Source of the DNA: Nitrospiraceae bacterium
GTDB taxonomy: Bacteria; Nitrospirota; Nitrospiria; Nitrospirales; Nitrospiraceae
Length of the DNA: 64,000 nt
Assembly: GCA_041616875.1 (NCBI GenBank)
Contig: JBFJQA010000001.1
Coordinates: 4,646-68,645 of the forward strand
Direction: 5' to 3'
Part shown: one piece after another, positions 26,983 through 36,576 of the stretch
Numbering within the stretch: position 1 is the stretch's first letter
Layout: each line of letters opens with the position of its first letter
The notes under the pieces: generated by a model
Databases searched by the model: none
What the model saw: only the letters and a program-made list of their open reading frames with translations
Told to the model about the DNA's origin: nothing
Translations under genes and position numbers: made by a program

Positions 26983-27975
26983 ATGGAAGCGATGACCAAG
27001 ATCACCTACAGGGAAGCCGTGCGGTCCGGCTTGCGGGAAGCGCTGAAGAGCGACCCGCGGGTATTTCTCATGGGCGAGGACGTCGGTCGTTACGGGGGCG
27101 CCTATGCCTGCAGTAAGGGGTTTTTGGAAGAATTCGGGCCAGACCGGATCCGAGATACGCCCCTGTCGGAATCAACCTTCGTTGGAGCTGGCATCGGTGC
27201 CGCGCTGGCGGGGATGCGGCCCATCGTCGAGGTGATGACGGTCAACTTCAGTCTCCTAGCCATGGATCAGATCGTCAACAATGCGGCGACCCTGCGACAC
27301 ATGTCTGGCGGTCAGTTTAGCGTGCCGGTCATCGTGCGCATGGCGACTGGGGCCGGGCGTCAGGTTGCCGCGCAACATTCCCATAGTCTGGAGGGGTGGT
27401 ACGCGCACGTGCCCGGAATCAAAGTGCTCACCCCTGCCACGGTGACCGATGCGAAAGGCATGCTGCTCACTGCGCTGCATGAGCCAGACCCGGTGTTTAT
27501 CTTTGAGCATGCCTACCTCTATCCACTTGAAGGCGAGTTGGATAACGAAATGGAATCCGTGGACATCAGCAGGGCGGCAGTCCGTCGCTCTGGACGCGAC
27601 ATCAGCTTCGTGACGTTCGGTGGTTCGTTATGGAAGGCGTTGGAGGCAGCGGGGCAACTGGCCAGTGACGGCATCGAGGCCGAGGTCATCGATCTTCGAG
27701 TGCTCCGCCCTCTGGACATTGGGACGGTCCTCACGTCGATCCGCAAGACGCATCGAGCCCTCATTATCGATGAAGCCTGGCGTACCGGAAGTTTTGCGGC
27801 GGAGGTGAGCGCGCAAATCATGGAAGGTGGGTTTTATGACCTTGATGGTCCTGTCGGCCGGGTCTGCAGTGCCGAGGTGCCCATCCCCTATCCCAAACAT
27901 TTGGAAGAGGCAGCACTGCCGCAAGTGGCATCCATCGTGAAGACTGCAAAGGAGATGCTGAGACCTCATGGCTGA
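26983..27975 (+). CDS. 2-oxoacid dehydrogenase E1 beta
   Basis: From [37 protein letters not shown], typical of E1-beta. The track start at 26869 adds 38 codons that merely translate repeat copy B. Confidence 0.85.
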   Translation: MEAMTKITYREAVRSGLREALKSDPRVFLMGEDVGRYGGAYACSKGFLEEFGPDRIRDTPLSESTFVGAGIGAALAGMRPIVEVMTVNFSLLAMDQIVNNAATLRHMSGGQFSVPVIVRMATGAGRQVAAQHSHSLEGWYAHVPGIKVLTPATVTDAKGMLLTALHEPDPVFIFEHAYLYPLEGELDNEMESVDISRAAVRRSGRDISFVTFGGSLWKALEAAGQLASDGIEAEVIDLRVLRPLDIGTVLTSIRKTHRALIIDEAWRTGSFAAEVSAQIMEGGFYDLDGPVGRVCSAEVPIPYPKHLEEAALPQVASIVKTAKEMLRPHG

Positions 27976-29182
27976 GTTTGTCATGCCCACGCTAGGGGCG
28001 GACATGGACGAAGGCACCCTTTTAGCGTGGCGGAAGAAACCAGGTGATCAAATCAAGCGAGGGGAGATCATTGCAGAAGTCGACACCGACAAAGCGGCCA
28101 TCGAGATTGAAGTGTTCACTTCGGGGATTCTGGAGAAGATCCTTGTCAAGCCCGGAGATAAGGTTCCAGTTGGGACCGTGATGGCGATCATTCGTGAAGA
28201 AGGCCAGCCCAGTGAGGCCATCGGCAAAGTTCAAGCCCCACCCCCTGTCAGTCCGCGTGTCTCCGCGACACCCTCCGCAGAGAAGCGACCTCCTGTGAGG
28301 CCACCGACCACGGTTCCAGGAGTGGAAGCGGCACGGCTGCGCATTTCTCCCTCAGCCCGACAACTCGCCGCGAAACTCGGGGTCGATCCGTCTGTGGTGC
28401 AAGGCACTGGACCAGAAGGGGCGATCACAAGGCAGGATGTCGAACAAGCAGCAGCCGCAGCGACGCCCTCAGCCGCTCGCCCATCGCCTATCGCCTCACC
28501 TGCGGAGGCGGCGGAGAGGCAGGCACGCATGCGCCAGGCCATCGCAGCGGCCATGGCCCGATCCAAACGTGAGATACCTCACTACTACCTCAGCACCACC
28601 ATCGATATGAGCAAGGTTCTGTTGTGGCTGACTCAGGAGAATCTCAAGCGCCCGGTGACGGATCGTTTATTGTATGGAATTGTGCTCGTCAAGGCAGTGG
28701 CTCTTGCGCTCAAGGAGGTTCCTGAGCTCAATGCGGTGTGGAAAGAAGGCCAAGCCGTTCAAAGCCAGGCTATTCACGTGGGGGTGGCCATCTCCTTGCG
28801 GCAGGGTGGCCTGGTGGCGCCAGCCTTACATGATACCGATCTCCAGGACCTGAGCACCCTCATGCGGAACTTTCGCGACTTGGTCAAGCGGGCGCGTGCG
28901 GGAACCTTGCGGAGCTCGGAGCTGTCGGAGCCCACGATTACCGTCACCAGTCTAGGTGAACAGGGTGTAGAGGCAGTCTTTGGAGTGATCTATCCACCTC
29001 AAGTGGCCCTGGTTGGATTTGGGAAAGTGGTGACGCGGCCCTGGGTGGCCGACAACACGGTTGTCCCAAAACCAGTATTAACCGCCTCACTGTCTGGCGA
29101 CCATCGAGTGACCGATGGCCACCGGGGGGGGCTGTTCTTGGCAGCCATTGATCGATTGTTACAGGAGCCGGGCAAGCTGTGA
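27968..29182 (+). CDS. dihydrolipoamide acyltransferase E2 (lipoyl, E3/E1-binding and catalytic domains)
   Basis: Lipoyl-Lys context [16 protein letters not shown]-like [33 protein letters not shown]. Catalytic SGDHRVTDG. Confidence 0.85.
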   Translation: MAEFVMPTLGADMDEGTLLAWRKKPGDQIKRGEIIAEVDTDKAAIEIEVFTSGILEKILVKPGDKVPVGTVMAIIREEGQPSEAIGKVQAPPPVSPRVSATPSAEKRPPVRPPTTVPGVEAARLRISPSARQLAAKLGVDPSVVQGTGPEGAITRQDVEQAAAAATPSAARPSPIASPAEAAERQARMRQAIAAAMARSKREIPHYYLSTTIDMSKVLLWLTQENLKRPVTDRLLYGIVLVKAVALALKEVPELNAVWKEGQAVQSQAIHVGVAISLRQGGLVAPALHDTDLQDLSTLMRNFRDLVKRARAGTLRSSELSEPTITVTSLGEQGVEAVFGVIYPPQVALVGFGKVVTRPWVADNTVVPKPVLTASLSGDHRVTDGHRGGLFLAAIDRLLQEPGKL

Positions 29183-29439
29183 CGCCACAAGTGACACCGG
29201 ACGACCTGAAAGAGACCGTGCTTCGCCTCCTGGGCGAGATCGCCCCCGAGGCCGACCCGACGGAGATTAAGCCCGACGTGAGTTTCCGGGACCAGCTCGA
29301 TATCGATTCCATGGACTTTCTGAACTTTGTGATCGCGCTGCATGAAGACCTGCACGTGGAGATTCCTGAGGCCGACTATCCGAAGCTCGCTACCCTCAAC
29401 GGCTGCATGGAATATCTGACAGCGAAGCTACATCCGTAA
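29179..29439 (+). CDS. acyl carrier protein-like (phosphopantetheine-attachment) protein
   Basis: 86 aa with [14 protein letters not shown] (the DSxD/L Ser attachment context). GTG start overlaps the E2 stop (GTGA). Confidence 0.7.
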   Translation: MTPQVTPDDLKETVLRLLGEIAPEADPTEIKPDVSFRDQLDIDSMDFLNFVIALHEDLHVEIPEADYPKLATLNGCMEYLTAKLHP

Positions 29440-29440
29440 T

Positions 29441-29468
29441 CAGGCTCGAAAGGGCCTGCCGTTTCGAT
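29441..29468 (+). terminator. weak candidate intrinsic terminator after the ACP gene
   Basis: CAGGCTC-GAAA-GGGCCTG stem (one G:U pair) with a GNRA loop, 2 nt after the stop. It is followed only by CCGTTTCG, a short T run. Confidence 0.3.
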
Positions 29469-29600
29469 GTCCCCAAGCACGTCATGAGCGATGACCTTCC
29501 CTGCTGTCCCATGAAATGCAGCGCGACCGGTCAACCTACGGAGGGATTTCTTAAGTCATCCCTCTCTCATCGGCCTGGCCAGGTCAGCAGGTCGGCCTGA

Positions 29601-30896
29601 ATGAGCCTTTTTTCGATGACACTGACCTCTGACAACATCGGGGGCGCTGTCCAGCAGATCCATCCGCTCGTGTACTTAGGACTCCTTCTTCTCCTGAGTT
29701 ACCTCGGCGGTGAAGTGGCCACCTACTGCCGTGTGCCTCGGGTCACCGGCTATCTTGTCATCGGGATGCTGCTGAGCCCTTCCGCTCTCGGCATCTTTCA
29801 CGAGCGGCTCATCAAGGAGGAACTCTCCCCGATCACCGATATTGCGCTGAGCGTGATTGCTTTCTCAATCGGGGGCTCTCTCGAATTGGCAACCTTGCGA
29901 CGACTCGGGAAGCACATCATGTGGATTACCCTCACCCAGGGTGTTGGCGCCTTCCTTGTGGCAACGGCAGTCCTCGCTCTATTTTTCCCCATCGTCTTCG
30001 GCGAGGGCTACGCCTCGCCCTCCTTCTGGAGCGTGTACGCCCCCGTGGCGGTGGTGATTGGAGCGATCTGCGCTGCCACCGCCCCCGCGGCGATTCTCGC
30101 CATTGTGCATGAGTACCGAGCGAAAGGTCCTTTCACCACAATTCTGCTCGGGGTGGTGGCGTTGGATGACGCGCTGACCATCGTGCTCTATGCCTTTGCC
30201 CTTACTGTTGCCGGGACGCTCATTAATCATGAGCCATTCGCCTGGCAAAATCTCCTGGTTACGCCTAGTCTCTTGCTGCTCGTCTCATTGGCCATTGGCG
30301 GCGGGGTAGGGGTGGGCTTTAGAAGCCTGATGCCTTTTGTGCCTAGGCGCGAAGCCCTGCTGGGGCTTATCATGGGGCTGATTTTTCTGGCCAGCGGGCT
30401 GGCCATGACCCTTGAGGCCTCCCCTTTGCTGGCGAATATGATGTTTGGATTTGTGGTGGCTAATTTCGTCGGGCAGCACAAGGACCTCTTTGCCATAGTG
30501 GAAGGTCTGGAAGAAGCGATATTTGGGATGTTTTTTGCTTTGGCTGGAGCGCATTTTGACCTCCAAGTGCTCGAGAGTGCAGGCTGGCTGGCGCTGCTGA
30601 TCAGCCTCGGACGCTTCTCAGGAAAAATGCTGGGCAGCCACCTGGGAGCTCGGTTGTCTCATGCACCAAACTCCGTCAAGAAATACTTGGGCCTTGCCCT
30701 CTTGCCGACCGCCGGAGTTACTGTGGGGCTCGTGTTCGACTCAATGGATGTCTTGGGCCATACGCGTCTTGCAGACGTCATCTTGAACGGAGTGCTGGGA
30801 TCAGTCATTCTCAATGAACTGGTGACGCCATTCCTGGTGCGCTTCACGCTATTCAGGGCTGGAGAAGCTGTGCGAGGTTACCCTGTGAAAGGATAA
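29601..30896 (+). CDS. cation:proton antiporter (CPA-family Na+/H+ or K+/H+ exchanger)
   Basis: 431-aa polytopic ORF with about 12 hydrophobic segments. N-terminal LLLLLSYLGGEVATYCRVPRVTGYLVIGMLLSP is typical of CPA1/2 exchangers. Confidence 0.75.
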   Translation: MSLFSMTLTSDNIGGAVQQIHPLVYLGLLLLLSYLGGEVATYCRVPRVTGYLVIGMLLSPSALGIFHERLIKEELSPITDIALSVIAFSIGGSLELATLRRLGKHIMWITLTQGVGAFLVATAVLALFFPIVFGEGYASPSFWSVYAPVAVVIGAICAATAPAAILAIVHEYRAKGPFTTILLGVVALDDALTIVLYAFALTVAGTLINHEPFAWQNLLVTPSLLLLVSLAIGGGVGVGFRSLMPFVPRREALLGLIMGLIFLASGLAMTLEASPLLANMMFGFVVANFVGQHKDLFAIVEGLEEAIFGMFFALAGAHFDLQVLESAGWLALLISLGRFSGKMLGSHLGARLSHAPNSVKKYLGLALLPTAGVTVGLVFDSMDVLGHTRLADVILNGVLGSVILNELVTPFLVRFTLFRAGEAVRGYPVKG

Positions 30897-30954
30897 GGTT
30901 GAGATACTCCAAGGGCGCAGTCGATCCACTATTTCATGTTCATGAGGTTGACGC

Positions 30955-31434
30955 ATGACGGACATGAGTGAGGAGCAACGTCGTGTAAAGATTCGTGCCT
31001 TGCTGACTCGCGTGAGAGAAAGGGCTCTCCCTCTTGTGAGGGACTCATCGAGTATAGAGGGTGTCATCAAGGCGATGATTCAATTCGAGCACAGCCGCGT
31101 GCTGTATGTCGTAAACGAGCACGAGCAGCTCATTGGAACGATCTCCCTGGGATTACTCGTGAGACATGTTTTTGCTCAGAGCCACGAGCCCCAGATTCAT
31201 CCAAGATTGCTCATGGGCATGCTCATGGTTGAAACCGCCAGAGACATCATGCAAACCAAGCCGGTCTGTGCCCGTGAAGACGACGACGTAGGCACCGTGC
31301 TCAAGAGTATGATTGAAGCGAACGTGAAAGAGATCCCGATACTTGATGAGAATACACGGGTCGTTGGTGACCTCACCATGATTGATCTGCTAAAGTTTCT
31401 CTCGACATCGGAGGAATCCCGAACGGGCACGTGA
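30955..31434 (+). CDS. CBS-domain pair protein
   Basis: Two CBS-like repeats (..HSRVLYVVNEHEQLIGTISLGLLV.. and ..VKEIPILDENTRVVGDLTMIDLLKFL). Confidence 0.75.
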   Translation: MTDMSEEQRRVKIRALLTRVRERALPLVRDSSSIEGVIKAMIQFEHSRVLYVVNEHEQLIGTISLGLLVRHVFAQSHEPQIHPRLLMGMLMVETARDIMQTKPVCAREDDDVGTVLKSMIEANVKEIPILDENTRVVGDLTMIDLLKFLSTSEESRTGT

Positions 31435-31711
31435 GTGCTCGCTGAAATATCAGAGCCGAACGGCCGTGTAGCATTTGGCTACAGCTTCAAGAATGCCTCA
31501 TGGTCTGAAACGCCCCAAACGGCTTCTCACGTCATGGCATATGCCCCTAACCCCTCGTTACTGTGCCAATCTATCACATGAGCCGGAATCATTATTTTGG
31601 CATTGACCCTGCAGTGACAAAGGTGCGAACTTAAACGTTCGGCATGGCGAATCGTTACTACTGTCGAAGCAGACGCAAGGGACCCAGGAGTCAGCCAGGA
31701 GTAAGGAGAAA

Positions 31712-32380
31712 ATGTTCACGAATCGGGAAGAAGCTGGCGATCGGCTCGCCGCGAGTCTCGACACCTATCGGCACGATGCAGAGGGTATTATTTTGGCCTT
31801 GCCGAGAGGTGGCGTGGCCCTTGGATACCGGATCAGCCTAGCCCTCCACTTGCCGCTGGATGTCTTGATCACGCGGAAGCTCCGTGCGCCCGGCAATCCT
31901 GAATACGCCATGGGGGCGTTAGCCGAGACGGGAGCGACGTTTCTTAACCAGGAAGCCATCCGGGTTCTTTCGATTTCCGACGAAGAATTGGAAAAAGAAA
32001 TTCAGTTTCAACAGCAGGAAATCGTCCGACGACAGGAACTCTATCGACGCGGCCGCTCGCTGCCCGTGTTAACTGGCAAGACGGTGTTGCTTGTGGACGA
32101 TGGGATTGCCACCGGTTCCACCTTTTTTGCTTCAATTCAGGCCCTAAAAGACCTTCGTCCCGCGCGTGTGGTTGGCGCAATTCCGGTCGGGCCCTGGGAG
32201 ACCATTAGGCTGGCCAGGCAGCAGGTGGACGAATTGGTGGTCATCGAGACACCGGAGCCGTTCTTTGCCGTCGGCAATCATTATGTTGACTTTAGGCAGG
32301 TCGAGGACGAGGACGTGATTCGGTATCTTGCACTGGCGGCTGAGGCATTGGGAGACGGGAAAGAGGCCGCACATACCTGA
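31712..32380 (+). CDS. phosphoribosyltransferase-family protein
   Basis: FTNREEAGDRLA..ILALPRGGV.. and the PRPP loop VLLVDDGIATGSTF. Confidence 0.8.
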   Translation: MFTNREEAGDRLAASLDTYRHDAEGIILALPRGGVALGYRISLALHLPLDVLITRKLRAPGNPEYAMGALAETGATFLNQEAIRVLSISDEELEKEIQFQQQEIVRRQELYRRGRSLPVLTGKTVLLVDDGIATGSTFFASIQALKDLRPARVVGAIPVGPWETIRLARQQVDELVVIETPEPFFAVGNHYVDFRQVEDEDVIRYLALAAEALGDGKEAAHT

Positions 32381-32416
32381 CCACTGGCTCGATTCACTTA
32401 CATGAGGGAGACAAAT

Positions 32417-32917
32417 ATGACGGGACGAGCAAAGCTTCCGCCGGGACGTGCACCTCGGGGCGATCGTCGGATTCAGGAGTATGAGCATGATACCTATAAG
32501 ACCAAGGGGAAGCTCCCGGAACCAACGGCATGTCCTCAATGTGGAGCGGTGTTTCATAAAGGGAGATGGACGTGGGATCCCAAACCACAGGGGGCTCATG
32601 AAACCCTCTGCCCGGCTTGCCACCGGATCAAGGATCACTACCCCAAAGGCCTGTTGACTTTGAAAGGTGCCTTTCTCGCACAGCATTACGACGAGATCCA
32701 TGGGCTCGTGCGAAACGAGGAAGCGAAGGAGAAGGCCGAACACCCGCTCTCTCGAATCATGAAGATTGAGCAGCAGGACGACGCCACGGTCATCTCGACG
32801 ACCGACACCCATCTTCCTCGGCGCATCGGTGAAACCTTGCACCATGCCTATGAGGGGGAATTCAATTTCCACTATGATCAGGGGGAAGAGTTTATTCGGG
32901 TGTTCTGGGAACGGTAG
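32417..32917 (+). CDS. NMD3-like zinc-ribbon protein (I recall this family being labelled BCAM0308-like)
   Basis: RBS GAGGGAG then ATG 32417. CPQCGAVFHKGRWTW..LCPACHRIKDHYPKGLLTL.. then ..STTDTHLPRRIGETLHHAYEGEF... The family name is from memory, not from a search. Confidence 0.55.
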   Translation: MTGRAKLPPGRAPRGDRRIQEYEHDTYKTKGKLPEPTACPQCGAVFHKGRWTWDPKPQGAHETLCPACHRIKDHYPKGLLTLKGAFLAQHYDEIHGLVRNEEAKEKAEHPLSRIMKIEQQDDATVISTTDTHLPRRIGETLHHAYEGEFNFHYDQGEEFIRVFWER

Positions 32918-33039
32918 CCGAGATTCTTCAGATGCCGAAAGAGGTCATTGCGAGTTGGGGAGCCGTTCGATCACGCGGGAGAAGAGTGAAAGAAGGACGC
33001 CACGAGGGGATGAACGCATAACGATGGGGAGAATAGGCC

Positions 33040-33525
33040 ATGAAGGTGAAGGAGATCATGACCAGGCCGGTTCAGTACTGTGCGCCAGAAACAAACCTCG
33101 CCGCGGCCGCCAAGGAGATGTGGGATAGCGATTGCGGAATCCTGCCCGTGGTGAATCATGAGGGAGAAGTGGAAGGGGTCGTCACCGATCGAGACATTTG
33201 TATGGCTGTGGCCACGAAAAATCGAGTGGCCTCAGAAATCTCTGTGTGGGAGACAAGTGCGGGGCAACTCTATGCCTGCTCCCCTGAGGATTATATCCAT
33301 CATGCGATGAAGATTATGCAAGAATGCAAGGTGAGGCGCCTTCCGGTCATGAACGAAAACCGAGTCCTACAAGGCATGATTTCGCTGAATGATATCATCC
33401 TGAACGTGACTGGGAAAAAGGGCAAGAAAGTGACCGACCCCACCATCGAAGATGTGTTCCAATGTCTTCGAGCGATTTCGGAGCATCGGGCTCTCGTTGA
33501 TCGTGGAGCACTGGCAGGAACGTGA
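33040..33525 (+). CDS. CBS-domain pair protein
   Basis: MKVKEIMTRPVQYCAPETNL..CGILPVVNHEGEVEGVVTDRDI.. and ..KVRRLPVMNENRVLQGMISLNDI.., a canonical CBS pair. Confidence 0.85.
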   Translation: MKVKEIMTRPVQYCAPETNLAAAAKEMWDSDCGILPVVNHEGEVEGVVTDRDICMAVATKNRVASEISVWETSAGQLYACSPEDYIHHAMKIMQECKVRRLPVMNENRVLQGMISLNDIILNVTGKKGKKVTDPTIEDVFQCLRAISEHRALVDRGALAGT

Positions 33526-33641
33526 ACCGCGTCAGGCAAAAGTGGAGCGCGAAGAGGGCACACTTCGGCGGATGGTGGGGCGGATCCCCGTTTACCACAA
33601 CAAGGGCGACTGGGGGCAGTCGCTAAAGAAGGAAAGAGTCG

Positions 33642-34508
33642 ATGCGCGTTGTTGTAGCCGTTGATTGGTCAGATGAGACCTTCTCCGCCGTTCAGGCTGT
33701 GACTCGACTATACCAGCCGCAGGAACTCGTTCTGGTGCACGCCGTGGATGTCCGGCCCTTTGAGGACCCGTTGTTCGCTCCGACCATCGCCAAGCAGGCT
33801 TACGCAGAGGTGCGGAAATCCATGGTGGATTCGGGTGAGCAGCTGCTGGGGCGCACCTCCGATCTCCTCCCGTCCGACCTCAAGTCGGTCCGGCGGCTCT
33901 GCGAAGTCGGTGCCCCGGCGGAGGTGATCGTGGACACGGCTCGAGCGGCAAAGGCGGATCTGCTTGTGCTGGGGACCAGAGGCCACGGACGTCTCTCGGA
34001 GGTGGTGTTGGGAAGCGTCTCCCATCAGGTGCTCCTTCGGGCTCCGTGCTCAACGTTGATTGTCAAGCGCCCTCTCGAGTCACTAAGGCGTGTGTTGGTT
34101 CCCGTGGAGGGACCCGACGACGCGAGCCTTCTTCAGCAATGGCTTCGTTCCCATCCGTTCAAGCACCAGGTGGAGCTTTCTATCATGACAGCAGTGCCCA
34201 ATCCCTATTTTGGTGATCCTGTTCCTGCCTTTGCGCAGGCCGCATGGGCAGAGGAAGTGGAAAAACGGGCGGACGAGTTCAGCAAGAAGATCGCCGATGG
34301 GCTGGGAGGATCACACTACACGGTGAGGAACGAAGTGGTAAGGGGATTCCCCACTGACGCGGTCACCGAGGTGGCAGATCAGTTTGACCTGGTCGTAGTG
34401 GGCTCCCATGGGCGGAAAGGGTTGCGCCGCTTTCTCCTGGGAAGTGTGTCCCACTCGCTTGTCCACCGGGTCGGTTGCCCAATTCTTGTGGCTCGTGGGG
34501 TGTCCTAG
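33642..34508 (+). CDS. universal stress protein, tandem UspA domains
   Basis: Two repeats ending LGTRGHGRLSEVVLGSVSHQVL and VGSHGRKGLRRFLLGSVSHSLV. Confidence 0.85.
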   Translation: MRVVVAVDWSDETFSAVQAVTRLYQPQELVLVHAVDVRPFEDPLFAPTIAKQAYAEVRKSMVDSGEQLLGRTSDLLPSDLKSVRRLCEVGAPAEVIVDTARAAKADLLVLGTRGHGRLSEVVLGSVSHQVLLRAPCSTLIVKRPLESLRRVLVPVEGPDDASLLQQWLRSHPFKHQVELSIMTAVPNPYFGDPVPAFAQAAWAEEVEKRADEFSKKIADGLGGSHYTVRNEVVRGFPTDAVTEVADQFDLVVVGSHGRKGLRRFLLGSVSHSLVHRVGCPILVARGVS

Positions 34509-34534
34509 GAAATCCAGCACGCGAGGGTCTCACC

Positions 34535-34630
34535 ATGGATGATCTGGCCTTTCTGGGCATCTTGGCCATTATTCTTGGGGTCATCGGATTAGGGGTCCTG
34601 TACGCCGGCCGCAAGAAATCAAAGAAATAG
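34535..34630 (+). CDS. possible 31-aa single-TM peptide
   Basis: ATG 34535: MDDLAFLGILAIILGVIGLGVLYAGRKKSKK, with GAGGG 9 nt upstream. It is below the ORF-track size cut-off. Support is composition only. Confidence 0.3.
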   Translation: MDDLAFLGILAIILGVIGLGVLYAGRKKSKK

Positions 34631-34692
34631 GGTTCAGGTTCGAGCAATCTTTCAGCGAAGTAGGGATATTTGATAGGGAGGCTGGTCATCTG

Positions 34693-35070
34693 ATGGGACT
34701 ATGTACGATGGTGAAGAAAACTGGAATTCTGAGTTGCCTTTCCATTGTTCTTCTCAGCTCCTGGGTGGCTGCTCAATCCATGGCGGGAAATCCGAAGAAC
34801 GGCGAGGCCATTTATCAGAAAAACTGTCTTCGGTGCCACGGTCAAGCCTTGGACGGAAATGGGGAGGAAGGAAAGTATCTTATCGTGCCCCCGGCGAACT
34901 TTCGTTCAATGGAGTCACGACTCAAAACGGATTGGGAGCTCCTCATTACTATCTCCCATGGCGTGCTCTTTTCTCCCATGCACGGATGGCGCGATCGGCT
35001 TACCGACCAGGAGATGTTAGACGTCCTTTCCTATATCCGGATGATGGTGCCCCCCAGCGCGATCAGCTGA
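34693..35070 (+). CDS. monoheme c-type cytochrome
   Basis: Signal peptide, then NGEAIYQKNCLRCHG (CxxCH). A distal Met candidate lies in LFSPMHGW. Confidence 0.75.
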   Translation: MGLCTMVKKTGILSCLSIVLLSSWVAAQSMAGNPKNGEAIYQKNCLRCHGQALDGNGEEGKYLIVPPANFRSMESRLKTDWELLITISHGVLFSPMHGWRDRLTDQEMLDVLSYIRMMVPPSAIS

Positions 35071-35304
35071 TTGTGTGATCCCCTCGCCAGCCTGGGGTGT
35101 TCTGCATCTACACGCCAGTGGAAGCTGTAGCAAGATGCCCCAGGCTTCGTAACCTCACCTCTGAAGCAGGCCTATCCCTCTGAAAACACAAGTGTCTAAC
35201 GCTCCCCCATACGGCACTGCGATTGCTGACTCTTGAGAGAAGTCGGTCTGTCAACAGGATCCTCGTATGCCTCTCAATGGAGGGTGCTGGTCGGAGCGCC
35301 GAGC

Positions 35305-36414
35305 GTGAAGTTCGCCAGAAAGCAGATCATCGTTGGTGTTTTGCTCCTTCTGATCGGAGCGGGAAGTATTTTCGCCTACCAGCAGTGGCTCTCCAACCAG
35401 AGGCTGCCCGAAGGGTTAATCCAGGCGAACGGTCGGATTGAAGGCGATCACGTCACCGTGTCCAGCAAGTTTCCCGGCAGGGTTCTCCAATTGGTGGTGC
35501 GGGAAGGGGCGTCGGTCCAAGCTGGCGAACTCATGGTGCAGCTCGACGACATTCAAACCCGCGCCCAGGTGGCGCAGGCCCGCAAGGCCTGGCAAGCGGT
35601 GGAAGCGAGGGTTCAGGCGACACATACCGACTTGGCGGTTCTCAACTTGGAAGTTCCGCTCACAATTGGGAGAGCAGATGCGGCGGTTGCCGAAGCGCGA
35701 GCGATGCACCAACGAGCGATCGCGATGGAGAGAGAGGCGCGTAGCGATGCCGAGCGGTATCGAAGACTGGCGGCCCATGACAATGCCTCTCGGCAGCAAC
35801 TTGAGCAGGCTGAAACACGATGGGATGTGGCTCGGAACGACATTGCTGCCGCTCGCTCCGCCCTGAATCAGGCCATTAAGCGATCGGCTGAAGCGGAACT
35901 GGGGTGGAAGCGAATTCGCGCGAAGGAAGCTGAAGTCGCTGCGTTAGAGCACCAACGGGACCAGGCCGAGGCTGCCCTCGAAGAAGTGGAGAGCGTGTTG
36001 GCCGATCTGACGATTCGTGCACCTTCAACCGGGGTTGTCATGACCCGCATGGTCGATGTGGGAGAGTTCGTGAAACAGGGTGCCCCCATGTTTGAGATCG
36101 TGGACCTTGACCACCTGTATTTGAAAGTCTATGTGCCTGAGGCTCAGATTGGAAAGGTTCGGATGGGTCTGCCTGCGCGCATCTACACGGACGCCTTCCC
36201 GGACAGTCCCTTCAATGCCACGGTGCGGTACATTGCCTCCCAAGCGGAGTTTACCCCAAAAGAGGTGCAGACTCCGGAGGAACGGGTCAAGCTGACCTAT
36301 GCAGTCAGGTTGTATCTGGACGAAAACCCTGAGCACCGGTTGACCCCGGGCCTTCCTGCGGACGCGGTGATTCGCTGGAAAGAAAGTGCGAAGTGGGCGA
36401 AGCCGCAGTGGTAG
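35305..36414 (+). CDS. HlyD-family periplasmic adaptor (YbhG-like)
   Basis: TM anchor, GRIEGDHVTVSSKFPGRV..V.EG..V..G.LMVQLD lipoyl-like hairpin, a long coiled coil, and ..LTIRAP..GVV.. barrel. There is no in-frame ATG before the anchor. GTG 35305 is my guess; the track uses TTG 35233. Confidence 0.8.
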   Translation: MKFARKQIIVGVLLLLIGAGSIFAYQQWLSNQRLPEGLIQANGRIEGDHVTVSSKFPGRVLQLVVREGASVQAGELMVQLDDIQTRAQVAQARKAWQAVEARVQATHTDLAVLNLEVPLTIGRADAAVAEARAMHQRAIAMEREARSDAERYRRLAAHDNASRQQLEQAETRWDVARNDIAAARSALNQAIKRSAEAELGWKRIRAKEAEVAALEHQRDQAEAALEEVESVLADLTIRAPSTGVVMTRMVDVGEFVKQGAPMFEIVDLDHLYLKVYVPEAQIGKVRMGLPARIYTDAFPDSPFNATVRYIASQAEFTPKEVQTPEERVKLTYAVRLYLDENPEHRLTPGLPADAVIRWKESAKWAKPQW

Positions 36415-36477
36415 AGGGTGGGGGAGGGATGCCAAGGCCGCCCTTCTTGGAAATAGTCGTGAAGAGACAGACGCTGA

Positions 36478-36498
36478 CCCTCTCCTCTGGGGAGAGGG
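36478..36498. repeat. hairpin CCCTCTCC-TCTGG-GGAGAGGG
   Basis: 8-bp perfect stem read directly, 64 nt downstream of the HlyD-family stop and immediately upstream of the 17-bp tandem repeats. Confidence 0.6.
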
Positions 36499-36500
36499 CA

Positions 36501-36568
36501 GGGTGAGGGGCTCAAATGGGTGAGGGGTTCAAAAGGCTGAGGGGCAGAAGAGGGTGAGGGGGTGAACA
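36501..36568. repeat. four direct tandem 17-bp repeats (GGGTGAGGGGyTCAAAw consensus)
   Basis: GGGTGAGGGGCTCAAAT / GGGTGAGGGGTTCAAAA / GGCTGAGGGGCAGAAGA / GGGTGAGGGGGTGAACA, head to tail with no spacers. They end 8 nt before ATG 36577. Confidence 0.8.
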
Positions 36569-36576
36569 GGAACGTC

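Noticed and set aside
33606-33623. GCGACTG-GGGG-CAGTCGC hairpin/palindrome 19 nt upstream of the tandem USP gene, considered as a DosR-box-like site. A similar 7-bp-arm repeat GAGGGAT-N10-ATCCCTC occurs at 29541-29564 upstream of the antiporter.
   Set aside because: These are single occurrences with short arms. Their spacing is unlike either the DosR box or the CTAG palindrome. Dyads of this size are expected by chance in 64 kb of GC-rich DNA.
36501-36568. Considered whether the 17-bp repeats are a CRISPR array.
   Set aside because: The repeats are directly adjacent with no spacers, are too short, and no cas genes are present. They are a simple tandem repeat.
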